Part shown: positions 16,556-26,200 of the stretch, one piece after another
Position numbering within the stretch: the first letter of the stretch is position 1
Layout of the letters: the number at the start of each line of letters is the position of its first letter
Assembly: GCA_963814585.1 (NCBI GenBank)
Contig: CAWFDF010000012.1
Location: forward strand, 244,467-308,466
Origin: an uncultured delta proteobacterium
GTDB lineage: Bacteria; Myxococcota; Myxococcia; Myxococcales; Anaeromyxobacteraceae
Direction: 5' to 3'
DNA: 64,000 nucleotides
Notes under the pieces: generated by a model
Seen by the model: the letters and a program-made list of their open reading frames with translations, nothing else
Told to the model about the DNA's origin: nothing
Database searches by the model: none
Translations under genes and position numbers: made by a program

Positions 16556-18022
16556 CTACCGGTCGCCTTCGAGCTCGACCTCCCTGGCGGAGAGCACCGG
16601 GTCGACCAGGGCCCCCGGGTCCTTGCCGCGGGCCTTCACCACGGTCTGGCCCGCGGTCACGGCGGCGAAGAAGTCGGCCGGGGTCATCGACGGCCCATCC
16701 ACGCCGGAGACCTCGGAGTGGCCTCGGAAGCCGCCGGCCTCGACCGTGCCGGTGGCGACGGTCTTGCCCAGGATGGTCAGCGTGCCGGCCGCGGCGTCCT
16801 TGGCGGTGACCACGCCGCGGATGATGGGCCGGTCGTCGCTGGACCGCTCCACGCGGGTGGCCACCAGCGAGGTGCCGTCGCGGCCTGGGGCGCCGCGGAC
16901 CTCGACGAGGTCGCCGGCGGCCAGCGAGGCCACGGCGTCACGCTGCTCGGTGAGGGCGTCGACCGTGACCAGCACGCCGTTGACGCGGAGCGTGCCGACG
17001 CCGGCGGCGTCGACGCTCAGGCCGGCGGCCGCACCCTGCAGCAGCGCGCTGGCTCGGAAGGAGACCTTGTGCGCCGCCAGCACGCCGTCGGCGCCGAGCC
17101 GCCCCTCGGCCTCCACCTTGACGCCGGGGAGGAGATCGCCGGGCAGGCCGCCGCTCCAGGTGGTGCTGGCCGACGTGGTCACCGTGGTGCCGGCCAGCAC
17201 GAAGGAGGCGGCCGTGCCGGAGGTGACGATCCCCTCGACCTCGGTCTCACCGCCGACGACGCCGGGCAGCCGATCCTCGATCGAGATGGAGGCCGCCTCG
17301 ATGACCTGGCCAGGCTGCACCGGCTTCCGGGAGCGGACCTCCACCAGGTCACCCTGGGCGAGGCCGGCGGGGATGACGGCGCCCCCGAGCAGGTTGACGG
17401 TGTAGGTGCCGTCGGCGCCGGCGTCCGGCGAGGTCTTCAGGGTGAAGCCGCCGGCGGCGAGGTTGGAGACGATCCCCTTCACCTCGAAGTCGTCGCTGGT
17501 CCCGGCCAGCCTGTCGATGCGGGTGGCGCGCAGCCCGCCGCGATCGTCGGCCACGCCGGAGACGCGGACCCGCTGGCCCGCGTCCACCGAGCCGAGCCGG
17601 GCGACGTCGTCCTCGAAGTGGGTGCTGTCGTCGACGCGGACGACCAGGCCGCCCACCGAAAGGGTGGTGGCGTCCCTGGACGCGACCTTCCCCTTCACGG
17701 CGTCCTCGAACTCGATCTCGAGACCCTCGCCGTGCCGCCCGCTGGCGTCGGCGTGGGCCTTGACCCGCACCACCATCCCGTCGCGCAGCTCGGACTCGGG
17801 CCGCTCGACTCCCTCGATCTTCACGGTGGCCGGCGTGGCGATGGAGACCCCGTTCACCTCGATCTGGCCGGCCGACCGGGCGGTGATGGCCCCCTGCAGG
17901 TAGAGGTTGGGCATCGAGCCGACCGGGGCTGGCGCTCCGGAGGGGTTCGAGGTGGTGCCGCCGCAGGCCACGAGCAGGGCGACGGCGGCGAGGAGCAGGG
18001 ATCGGGAAGCGGTGGTCTTCAT
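16556..18022 (-). CDS. DUF5666-repeat lipoprotein
   Basis: Lipobox LLVACGG. About 7 tandem ~60-aa repeats of the type (I/V)xVNGVxVxxxxxTxxxG...LxxGxxVxVxG. It is the C-terminal 488 aa of the artefactually long track ORF 16556..20977. Confidence 0.75.
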   Translation of the reverse strand: MKTTASRSLLLAAVALLVACGGTTSNPSGAPAPVGSMPNLYLQGAITARSAGQIEVNGVSIATPATVKIEGVERPESELRDGMVVRVKAHADASGRHGEGLEIEFEDAVKGKVASRDATTLSVGGLVVRVDDSTHFEDDVARLGSVDAGQRVRVSGVADDRGGLRATRIDRLAGTSDDFEVKGIVSNLAAGGFTLKTSPDAGADGTYTVNLLGGAVIPAGLAQGDLVEVRSRKPVQPGQVIEAASISIEDRLPGVVGGETEVEGIVTSGTAASFVLAGTTVTTSASTTWSGGLPGDLLPGVKVEAEGRLGADGVLAAHKVSFRASALLQGAAAGLSVDAAGVGTLRVNGVLVTVDALTEQRDAVASLAAGDLVEVRGAPGRDGTSLVATRVERSSDDRPIIRGVVTAKDAAAGTLTILGKTVATGTVEAGGFRGHSEVSGVDGPSMTPADFFAAVTAGQTVVKARGKDPGALVDPVLSAREVELEGDR

Positions 18023-18105
18023 GGGTGGCGCCTTTCGGGCTGGGTGTCTGGACTGTTGACACCGGGCCCCGGCCGCCACGGGCACGCCCCAGGAGGGGCG
18101 CGAGC

Positions 18106-18903
18106 TCACTTGTCGGTCTGCAGGATGACCGGGAGCCCGCTCTTGCCGCCGCCCACCACCACGATCTTGGTGTTGGGGCTGAGCGCCAGCGCCTGGGTGG
18201 CCTCGATCCCCTTCCACTGCAGGTACTCGCTGGTGAGTCCCTGCCGGACGATCGACTGGTACTTGGCGATGCCCTCCGCCTCCACCTGCTTGCGCTGCGC
18301 CTCCTGCCGCTCCTTGTCGAGCGTGAACTTCATCTTCTGCGAGCGCTGCTCCTCGGCCAGCTTGTCGGCGATGGCGGTCTTGATGGTGTCCGGCAGCGAC
18401 ACGTCGCGGACCAGCACCGCCTCCACCACCACGTGCTTGCCGGTGAGCGCCTTGAGCACCTCGTCGTAGATCTGCCGCTCGATCTCCTCGCGCTTGGTCG
18501 AGTAGATCTCCTCGGGCTGGTAGCGGCCGAAGACCTTGCGCGCCTCGGAGCGGACCACCGGCCCGATGAGCTTCTGGTCGTAGTCGGGGCCGATCTTGGT
18601 CTGCAGCTCGAAGAGCTCGTCCTCCTTGGGCCGGTAGCGGATGGAGGCGTCCACCACCATGGTCAGGCCGTTGGAGGAGATGACCGCCAGCTGCTCCTTC
18701 ATCTCGTGGACCCGGGTGTCGTACGGGATGACCGAGTTCCAGACCGGCATGACGTGCAGCCCCTCCCCGACCACCTGCTTGGATGTGCCGCCTCCCAGCG
18801 ACTTGAAGACGATGCCGCGGTGGCCGGACTGGACCACCGGGCAGCGGCAGCCCTCCAGGAAGGGCATGACGGCGAGGGCGGCGACGAGGAGGGTGCGGCG
18901 CAT
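18106..18903 (-). CDS. SPFH/band-7 (prohibitin-like) lipoprotein
   Basis: MRRTLLVAALAVMPFLEGC lipobox. The SPFH core (GHRGIVFKSLGG...VVDASIRYRP) is followed by a coiled-coil (EEQRSQKMKFTLDKERQEAQRKQVEAEGIAKYQ). AAGGAG RBS before the ATG at 18903. Confidence 0.85.
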   Translation of the reverse strand: MRRTLLVAALAVMPFLEGCRCPVVQSGHRGIVFKSLGGGTSKQVVGEGLHVMPVWNSVIPYDTRVHEMKEQLAVISSNGLTMVVDASIRYRPKEDELFELQTKIGPDYDQKLIGPVVRSEARKVFGRYQPEEIYSTKREEIERQIYDEVLKALTGKHVVVEAVLVRDVSLPDTIKTAIADKLAEEQRSQKMKFTLDKERQEAQRKQVEAEGIAKYQSIVRQGLTSEYLQWKGIEATQALALSPNTKIVVVGGGKSGLPVILQTDK

Positions 18904-19004
18904 GGAGGCTCCTTGGGTGGTTGCGGGGATCGTACTCCGTCCCACCTGCGGCCACCCCCCGAATCGGCGGGTCCCGGAATCCACCCGCCCGACCCTGCCG
19001 GAGC

Positions 19005-19024
19005 GGGATCCCGGCCGGGATCCC
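19005..19024. repeat. perfect 20-bp palindrome GGGATCCCGGCCGGGATCCC in a divergent promoter/5' UTR region
   Basis: Read directly from the sequence. The element is self-complementary over all 20 nt. It ends 15 nt before the acyltransferase ATG, just upstream of its AAGGTGG RBS. Confidence 0.6.
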
Positions 19025-19039
19025 CGTTAAGGTGGTCCG

Positions 19040-20497
19040 ATGGAAGGGACCGTGACGCTGCCGCTCTGGGGGGCGCTCCTCCTGCTGGCCCTGGCCGCGG
19101 TGGCGCTGCTCGACCGGCTCCTCGTGCCCGGCCTCCGCTGGTACCTGCGCCGCCGGGTCAACGTGGTCATCGACCGGCTCAACGCCCGGCTCCGGCTCCA
19201 CATCCAGCCTTTCAAGATGACCCGCCGCGCCGTGCTGGTGGACCGGCTCACCTTCGACCCGAAGGTGCTCGAGGCGGTGGAGGCGCACGCCCGCGACTCC
19301 GGCGAGCCGCGAGCCGCGGTCCAGGCGCGGGTGGCCCGCTATGCCGGCGAGATCGTCCCGGCCTTCAAGCCCTACGCCTACTTCCAGGTGGGCTACCGGG
19401 TCGCCCGCGCCGTGGCCCGCCTGCTCTACCGCGTCCGCATCGGCTACCAGGACGACGAGGGGCTCTCCCGCATCGACCCGAGGGCCAGCGTGGTGTTCGT
19501 GGTGAACCACCGCTCCAACATGGACTACGTGCTGGTGGCCTACCTGGCGGCGGAGCGGACCGCCCTCTCCTACGCGGTGGGTGAATGGGCCCAGGTCTGG
19601 CCGCTGCAGATGCTCATCCGCTCCATGGGGGCCTACTTCATCCGCCGCAACTCCAAGGACCCCATCTACCGGCGCGTGCTGGAGCGCTACGTCCAGATGG
19701 CCACCGAGGCCGGCGTGGTCCAGGCGGTCTTCCCGGAGGGCGGCCTGACGCGCGACGGGGCGCTGCGCCCGCCCCGGCTCGGACTCATCGACTACATGCT
19801 GCGCACCTTCGACCCGGCCGGAGCCCGCGACCTCTGCTTCGTGCCGGTGGGCATCAACTACGACCGGGTCCTGGAGGACCGGGCCCTCCTGGCCCAGGCC
19901 GCCGGGGAGGCCCCGCGGGGCCTGATCGCCACCACCGCCTCGGCCACGCGCTTCGGCCTGCGGCAGGCGCTGCTCTGGTCGCTGGGGCGCTGGCATCGCT
20001 TCGGCTACGCCTGCGTCAACTTCGGGACGCCGATCTCCATGCGCGAGTGGTCGGCCGCCCACGGCATCGACTGGCGCACCCTGGGCCGGGAGGCGCGCGC
20101 GGCGCGGGTCGAGGCGCTCGGCCGCGAGCTCATGGGGGCGGTGGCGCGGGTGATCCCGGCGCTGCCGGTCTCGCTCCTCGCGACCGCGCTCCTCGAGGGC
20201 AGCGGCGAGGCGCCGGTCTCCACCATCGACCTGCACGCCCGCACCCAGTCGCTCATGCGCCGGCTTGGCGCGGCCGGCGCCCACGTCTACCTGCCGCGCG
20301 AGGACGAGGCCTACGCCATCGAGGTGGGGCTGCGGACGCTGGTGCAGCGGCGGGTGGTGGAGGAGCGGGACGGCGGCTGGGTGACGGCGCCGGGAGAGGG
20401 GCCGGTGCTGCGGTACTACGCCGCCGCCATCGCACCCCTGCTGGCCGGGTCGCCCGCCTCCGGCCAGCCCGACCTGACGTCCCGTCTCACGGCGTGA
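19040..20497 (+). CDS. PlsB-like glycerol-3-phosphate / lysophospholipid acyltransferase
   Basis: 485 aa. N-terminal TM. HxxxxD acyltransferase motif (VVNHRSNMDYV). Also GAYFIRR and FPEGGLTRDG motifs. Confidence 0.8.
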   Translation: MEGTVTLPLWGALLLLALAAVALLDRLLVPGLRWYLRRRVNVVIDRLNARLRLHIQPFKMTRRAVLVDRLTFDPKVLEAVEAHARDSGEPRAAVQARVARYAGEIVPAFKPYAYFQVGYRVARAVARLLYRVRIGYQDDEGLSRIDPRASVVFVVNHRSNMDYVLVAYLAAERTALSYAVGEWAQVWPLQMLIRSMGAYFIRRNSKDPIYRRVLERYVQMATEAGVVQAVFPEGGLTRDGALRPPRLGLIDYMLRTFDPAGARDLCFVPVGINYDRVLEDRALLAQAAGEAPRGLIATTASATRFGLRQALLWSLGRWHRFGYACVNFGTPISMREWSAAHGIDWRTLGREARAARVEALGRELMGAVARVIPALPVSLLATALLEGSGEAPVSTIDLHARTQSLMRRLGAAGAHVYLPREDEAYAIEVGLRTLVQRRVVEERDGGWVTAPGEGPVLRYYAAAIAPLLAGSPASGQPDLTSRLTA

Positions 20498-20588
20498 TGG
20501 TACAGCCAAGCGCCCCGAAAGCTGATATGGAGCGGACGTTTGGGCCCCGGAACCCGTGACCAGGCCCCGGCCCGCTGCCGCTCCCGCG

Positions 20589-21677
20589 ATGAACCACCGA
20601 CTTCTCACCCTCCTCGCCGCCGCCCTGGCCCAGGGCCTCGCGCCGTCGGCGTCCGCCGAGGACCTCGCTCGTCCAGCTGCCGTCCAGCTCCAGGGCCCTG
20701 GGCTCGCCGCCTCGCCCGGCCACCCGGCCGGCTGGCCCCCGGCCCGGGAGATCCCCGACGCCACCGAGTGCGCGCGGATCCGACAGGAGCTCGGCCTGGC
20801 GCGGGACGGGTCGCTCTGCCTGACCGTGAAGCCGTCCACGGGCAGCGTCACGCTGTTCCTCCCCCTCGACGCGTCTCGCCCGGAGGAGGTGGCCAGCGTC
20901 GCGGCCGGCCGCCTCCAGCCCGCCGTCCTCGACGCCCGGCCCGGCGGGGACCCCGGCCGCCTCGAGCTGGAGGCCATCGGCGTCGACGGGGTCCGGCTGG
21001 ATCCCCGCTACGAGAAGCTGGCCCGGCACTCGGTCTACCTGGCGGGCATGGGGGCCGCGGTCATGGGGACCATGATCGTGATGCCCCCCTCGGTCTCGAA
21101 GTGGAACACGGTGGACCGGGCCGCCTTCGTCGGCGCCATGCCGAGTGAGTGGTCCGGCCACGTCAGCCAGGGGCCGATCGTCGACGTCGACGAGTGGGCG
21201 GTCAACTACATCGGCCATCCCATCTCCGGGAGCTTCTACTACCAGATCGCCCGCCACGACGGCTTCGGCGTGCTTGGCTCGACCCTCTACTCGGCGCTGA
21301 TGTCCACCTTCTTCTGGGAGTACGGCATCGAGGCCTTCGCCGAGATTCCCTCGGTGCAGGACATCGTCGTGACCCCCCTGGGCGGCGCCCTGCTCGGGGA
21401 GGCCTTCTTCCAGGCCGAGCAGGCGCTCGACCGGAACGGCGGGACCGTGTTCGGCTCGCGGATCCTCGGCGAGACGGCCCGGGTGCTCCTGAATCCGGCC
21501 GGCGCCCTGGTCAACGGGCTGGACTGGATGCTGGTGAGCCCCGCCAATCCCTCGGCGCCCCAGGGGCGCGGCCTGAGCGCCCACTCGACCCTGGTGGCCT
21601 ACCAGCGGACCGATCCCAGCCGCCCGCAGCTGAGGGACAACTACCTCGGCGTGCAGCTGGTCTTCACCCTGCCCTAG
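20589..21677 (+). CDS. DUF3943-like secreted/membrane protein
   Basis: Signal peptide MNHRLLTLLAAALAQGLAPSASA. The conserved-looking core is DEWAVNYIGHPISGSFYYQIAR...FFWEYGIEAFAEIPSVQDIVVTPLGG. I recall this pattern as DUF3943 but have not verified it. Confidence 0.6.
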   Translation: MNHRLLTLLAAALAQGLAPSASAEDLARPAAVQLQGPGLAASPGHPAGWPPAREIPDATECARIRQELGLARDGSLCLTVKPSTGSVTLFLPLDASRPEEVASVAAGRLQPAVLDARPGGDPGRLELEAIGVDGVRLDPRYEKLARHSVYLAGMGAAVMGTMIVMPPSVSKWNTVDRAAFVGAMPSEWSGHVSQGPIVDVDEWAVNYIGHPISGSFYYQIARHDGFGVLGSTLYSALMSTFFWEYGIEAFAEIPSVQDIVVTPLGGALLGEAFFQAEQALDRNGGTVFGSRILGETARVLLNPAGALVNGLDWMLVSPANPSAPQGRGLSAHSTLVAYQRTDPSRPQLRDNYLGVQLVFTLP

Positions 21678-23205
21678 GGCCACCGGCCCCAGGGCTCGAG
21701 GCGCCGGGGCCGGGATCTACGAAGGGCAGCACGGTCTCCCCGTGCGAGAGGAAGCGGTCGACGGCCTGCGCCGCCTGGCGCCCCTCGCGGATGGCCCAGA
21801 CCACCAGCGACTGGCCGCGCGCCATGTCGCCGGCGGCGAAGACGCCCGGCACGCTGGTCATCTTGTCGGCGTCGGTCCAGACGTTGCCGCGCTCGTCGAG
21901 CCTGCAGCCGAGCTGCCCCGGCACCGTCTTCTCCGGCCCGGTGAAGCCGAGGGCCAGCAGCACCAGCTCGGCCGGGATCACCCGCTCGCTCCCGGCCACC
22001 TCCTGCGGCCCGAAGCGGCCGTCGGCCCCCTTCCTCCACTCCACCGAGACCAGCTGCAGCGACCGGACGCGGCCATCGGCGTCGCCCTCGAACTTCCTGG
22101 TGAGGACGGCGTACTGGCGCGGATCGGCCCCCTGCAGCGCGCTGGCCTCCTCCTGCCCGTAGTCGAGCCGGTAGACCTTGGGCCACTGCGGCCAGGGGTT
22201 GTCGGCGGCGCGCTGGTCGGGCGGGCGCGGCAGGATCTCGAGCTGGGTGACGCTCTTCGCCCCGTGGCGCAGGGCGGTGCCGACGCAGTCGGTGCCGGTG
22301 TCGCCGCCGCCGATGACCACCACGTGCTTCCCCGTGGCCGAGACGTACTGGCAATCGGCCAGCCTCGAGTCGAGCAGGCTCTTGGTGTTCTTGTGGAGGA
22401 ACTCCATGGCCAGGTGGATGCCTCGCAGCTGGCGCCCCTCCACCGGCAGGTCCCGCGCCATGGTGGCGCCCCCGCAGAGGACCACCGCCTCGTAGTCCTT
22501 CACCAGCCGGTCGGCGGTGATGTGGGTGCCGATCTCGGTGGAGGTGACGAAGCGGATCCCCTCGTCGGCCAGCAGCTTGACCCGCCGCTCCACGAACTGC
22601 TTGTCGAGCTTCATGTTGGGGATGCCGTACATGAGCAGGCCGCCGATCCGGTCGGCCCGCTCGAAGACGGTGACCACGTGCCCGGCCCTGTTGAGCTGCG
22701 CGGCGCAGGACAGGCCGGCCGGCCCGGAGCCCACCACCGCCACCCGCTTTCCGGTCCGGACCGGCGGCGGCTCGGCCACCACCCACCCCTCGGCGAAGGC
22801 CCGGTCGACGATCTCGGCCTCGATGGACTTGATGGTGACGGCCTCGCCGTTGAGCGCGCAGGTGCAGCTGCCCTCGCAGGGTGCCGGGCAGACCCGCCCG
22901 GTGAACTCGGGGAAGTTGTTGGTCTTGGCCAGCCGGATGTACGCCTCCCGCCACTGGCCGCGGTAGACGAGGTCGTTCCACTCCGGGATGAGGTTGTTGA
23001 TGGGACAGCCCGAGGCCATCCCGGCGATCAGGATGCCGGTGTGGCAGAAGGGGATGCCGCAGTCCATGCAGCGCGCCCCCTGCTGGCGGAGCGTCGCCTC
23101 GGCCCAGGCCGGGTGGGTCTCGCTCCAGTCCTTCACCCGCTCGAGCGGCGGGCGATCGTGCCTCGGCTCGCGCGGGAACTCGATGAATCCGGTCGGCTTG
23201 CCCAT
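21664..23205 (-). CDS. gltD: glutamate synthase (NADPH) small subunit
   Basis: MGKPTGFIEFPRE... N-terminus. Fe-S Cys motifs. Two dinucleotide-binding motifs (VAVVGSGPAGLSCA, VVVIGGGDTGTDC). It sits directly downstream of gltB. Confidence 0.95.
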   Translation of the reverse strand: MGKPTGFIEFPREPRHDRPPLERVKDWSETHPAWAEATLRQQGARCMDCGIPFCHTGILIAGMASGCPINNLIPEWNDLVYRGQWREAYIRLAKTNNFPEFTGRVCPAPCEGSCTCALNGEAVTIKSIEAEIVDRAFAEGWVVAEPPPVRTGKRVAVVGSGPAGLSCAAQLNRAGHVVTVFERADRIGGLLMYGIPNMKLDKQFVERRVKLLADEGIRFVTSTEIGTHITADRLVKDYEAVVLCGGATMARDLPVEGRQLRGIHLAMEFLHKNTKSLLDSRLADCQYVSATGKHVVVIGGGDTGTDCVGTALRHGAKSVTQLEILPRPPDQRAADNPWPQWPKVYRLDYGQEEASALQGADPRQYAVLTRKFEGDADGRVRSLQLVSVEWRKGADGRFGPQEVAGSERVIPAELVLLALGFTGPEKTVPGQLGCRLDERGNVWTDADKMTSVPGVFAAGDMARGQSLVVWAIREGRQAAQAVDRFLSHGETVLPFVDPGPGASSPGAGGPRAG

Positions 23206-23207
23206 GC

Positions 23208-26200
23208 CTAGTTCCCACCCACCCGCGCCTGGTCCCGCGCGTTCATCTCGAAGGCCGCCAGCTCCGCCTCCTCGGGCGACATCCCGGTGGCCCGAAGCCG
23301 GCGCTGCGACTCCAACATGCGCCGGTAGTCGTGTGGCCACACCTTCACGAACCGCGGCAGGGTGGCCTTCCAGTCGGCCAGCAGCCGCTTCCCCAGCTCG
23401 CTGCCGGTGAGGGCCACGTGGCGCTCGATGAGCGCCCTCAGCGCCCCGGCGTCCTCCGGCTCCACCACCGGGCCGAGCCCGACCATCTCCAGGTTGCAGG
23501 AGACGGCGAAGGCGCCGTCGGCGTCGTGGACGTAGGCCACCCCTCCCGACATGCCGGCGGCGAAGTTGCGGCCGGTCGGGCCCAGCACCGCCACGGTGCC
23601 GCCCGTCATGTACTCGCAGCCGTGGTCGCCGACCCCCTCGACCACCGCGACGGCGCCCGAGTTGCGCACCGCGAACCGCTCACCGGCCACGCCGCGGATG
23701 AAGGCCTCGCCGCCGGTGGCGCCGTAGAGCGCCACGTTGCCGATGACGACGTTCTCCTCGGCGACGAAGCCGGCGTCCCGGGGCGGGAAGACCGCCAGCG
23801 TGCCGCCCGAGAGCCCCTTGCCGAGGTAGTCGTTGGCGTCGCCCTCCAGCAGCAGCGTCATGCCGCGGGGGATGAAGGCCCCGAAGGACTGGCCGGCCGA
23901 GCCGGTGAAGCGGAAGGTGATGGTGCCGGGCGGCAGCCCGGCGGCGCCGTGCCGGCGCGTCACCTCCGAGCCGGTCATGGTGCCCACCACCCGGTTGGTG
24001 TTGCGGATGGGCAGGCTGGCCTCCACCTTCTTCCCCTCCTCGATGGCCGGCCGGGCCAGCGGCAGGAGGGTGGTGGCGTCGAGGCTCCGCTCCACGCCGT
24101 GATCCTGCGGGATCGAGCAGGTCCGGCCGAAGGCGCGCGGCACCGTGGGCTTGTAGAGGATGCGCGAGAAGTCGAGGTTTCGGGCCTTCCAGTGATCGAC
24201 GGCGCGGCGCATCTCCAGCCGCTCCGAGCGCCCCACCATCTCCTCGACGGTGCGGAAGCCCAGCACGGCCATGTACTCCCGGACCTCCTGGGCGATGAAG
24301 CGCATGAAGTTGACCACGTGGGCCGGATCGCCGGTGAAGCGGGCCCGCAGCTGCGGATCCTGGGTGGCCACGCCGACCGGGCAGGTGTTGAGGTGGCAGG
24401 CGCGCATCATGATGCAGCCCAGCGACACCAGCGGCCCGGTGGCGAACCCGAACTCCTCGGCGCCGAGCAGCGCGCCCACCACCACGTCGCGGCCGGTCTT
24501 GAGCTGGCCGTCCACCTCGACGGCGATGCGGCTGCGCAGGTCGTTGAGGACCAGCACCTGGTGGGTCTCGGCCAGGCCGAGCTCCCAGGGGATGCCGGCG
24601 TGCTTGATCGAGGTGAGCGGGGAGGCGCCCGTGCCGCCGTCGTGGCCGGCGATGAGCACCACGTCGGCGTGCGCCTTGGCGACGCCGGCGGCGATGGTCC
24701 CGACGCCCACCTCGGCGACCAGCTTCACCGAGATGCGGGCCTTGTGGTTGGCGTTCTTGAGGTCGTGGATCAGCTGCGCCAGGTCCTCGATGGAGTAGAT
24801 GTCGTGGTGCGGCGGCGGCGAGATCAGCCCCACGCCCGGGGTGGCGTGGCGCACCCGGGCGATCCACGGGTAGACCTTGGAGCCTGGCAGCTGGCCGCCC
24901 TCGCCCGGCTTGGCCCCCTGCGCCATCTTGATCTGGAGCTCGCGGGCGTTGACCAGGTACAGGCTGGTGACGCCGAAGCGGGCGCTGGCCACCTGCTTGA
25001 TGGCCGAGTTCTTGGAGTCGCCGTTCGGCTCCGGCACGTAGCGGGCCGGGTCCTCCCCGCCCTCGCCGGTGTTCGACTTGGCCCCGATGCGGTTCATGGC
25101 GATGGCCAGCGCCTCGTGGGCCTCCTTGGAGATGGAGCCGTAGCTCATGGCCCCGGTCTTGAAGCGGCGCATGATGGCCTCGACCGGCTCGACCTCCTCG
25201 ATGGGCACCGGCCTGGCGGCCGGCTTGAAGTCCATCAGGCCGCGCAGCGTGCAGAGGTGCGTGGCCTGGTTGTCGACCAGCGCGGTGTAGTCCTTGAACG
25301 CCCGGTAGTCGCCGGTGCGGGTGGCCACCTGGAGCCGGTGGACGGTCTCGGGGTTGAAGAGGTGGTGCTCGCCGCCGGCCCGGTACTGGTACTGGCCGCC
25401 GGCCGGCAGGCTGCGGTGGAAGACCGGGCGGCGCGGCGGGAAGCCGCGCTCGTGGCGCTGCCGCGCCTCGGACGCCACCACGTCGATGCCCACGCCGCCG
25501 ATGCGGGTGGCGGTCCAGGTGAAGTACTCGTCGATGAAGTCCTGGTTGAGCCCGACCGCCTCGAACACCTGGGCGCCGTGGTAGCTCTGGATGGTCGAGA
25601 TGCCCATCTTGGAGATGACCTTGACGATCCCCTTGGCCACCGCCTTGGCGTACTTCTTCTCGGCGTCGGCGGCCGAGCCCGGGATCATCCCCAGCTTCAC
25701 CTGGTCGTGGATGGTCTCGAAGGCGAGGTAGGGGTTGACCGCCGACGCGCCGTAGCCGATCAGCAGCGCGAAGTGGTGCACCTCCCTGGGCTCGCCCGAC
25801 TCCAGGACGATGCCACAGCGGGTCCGCGTCCCTTCCCGGATGAGGTGGTGCTGCACGGCCGAGACCGCCAGCAGCGAGGGGATGGGGGCGTCCTCGGCGT
25901 CGTGGCCGCGGTCGGAGAGGACGATGATGTTGCACCCCTCGGCGAGGCACTCCGAGACCCGCCAGCGCAGGTCCTCGAGCGCCTTGCGCAGGCCGGCGCC
26001 GCCCGCCGAGGCCTTGAAGAGGATGGGGAGGGTGATGGCCTTGAGCCCCTTGGCCCCGGCCCCGCCGTCCAGCCCCCGGATCTTCTCCAGGTCCTCGTTC
26101 CGGATCACCGGCGAGGGGAGCGCCAGCTGGCGCGCCGACTCCGGCCTGGCCTCCAGCAGGTTCCCCTCCGGCCCCACGGCGGTGTCCACCGCCATGATGA

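Noticed and set aside
18023-20977. N-terminal ~980 aa of the 1473-aa minus-strand ORF 16556..20977
   Set aside because: Only the last 488 aa (from the ATG at 18022) look like a real protein, with a lipobox and DUF5666 repeats. The upstream part is Arg/Pro/Gly-rich. It runs antisense through the acyltransferase gene and out-of-frame through the SPFH gene, both of which are well supported.
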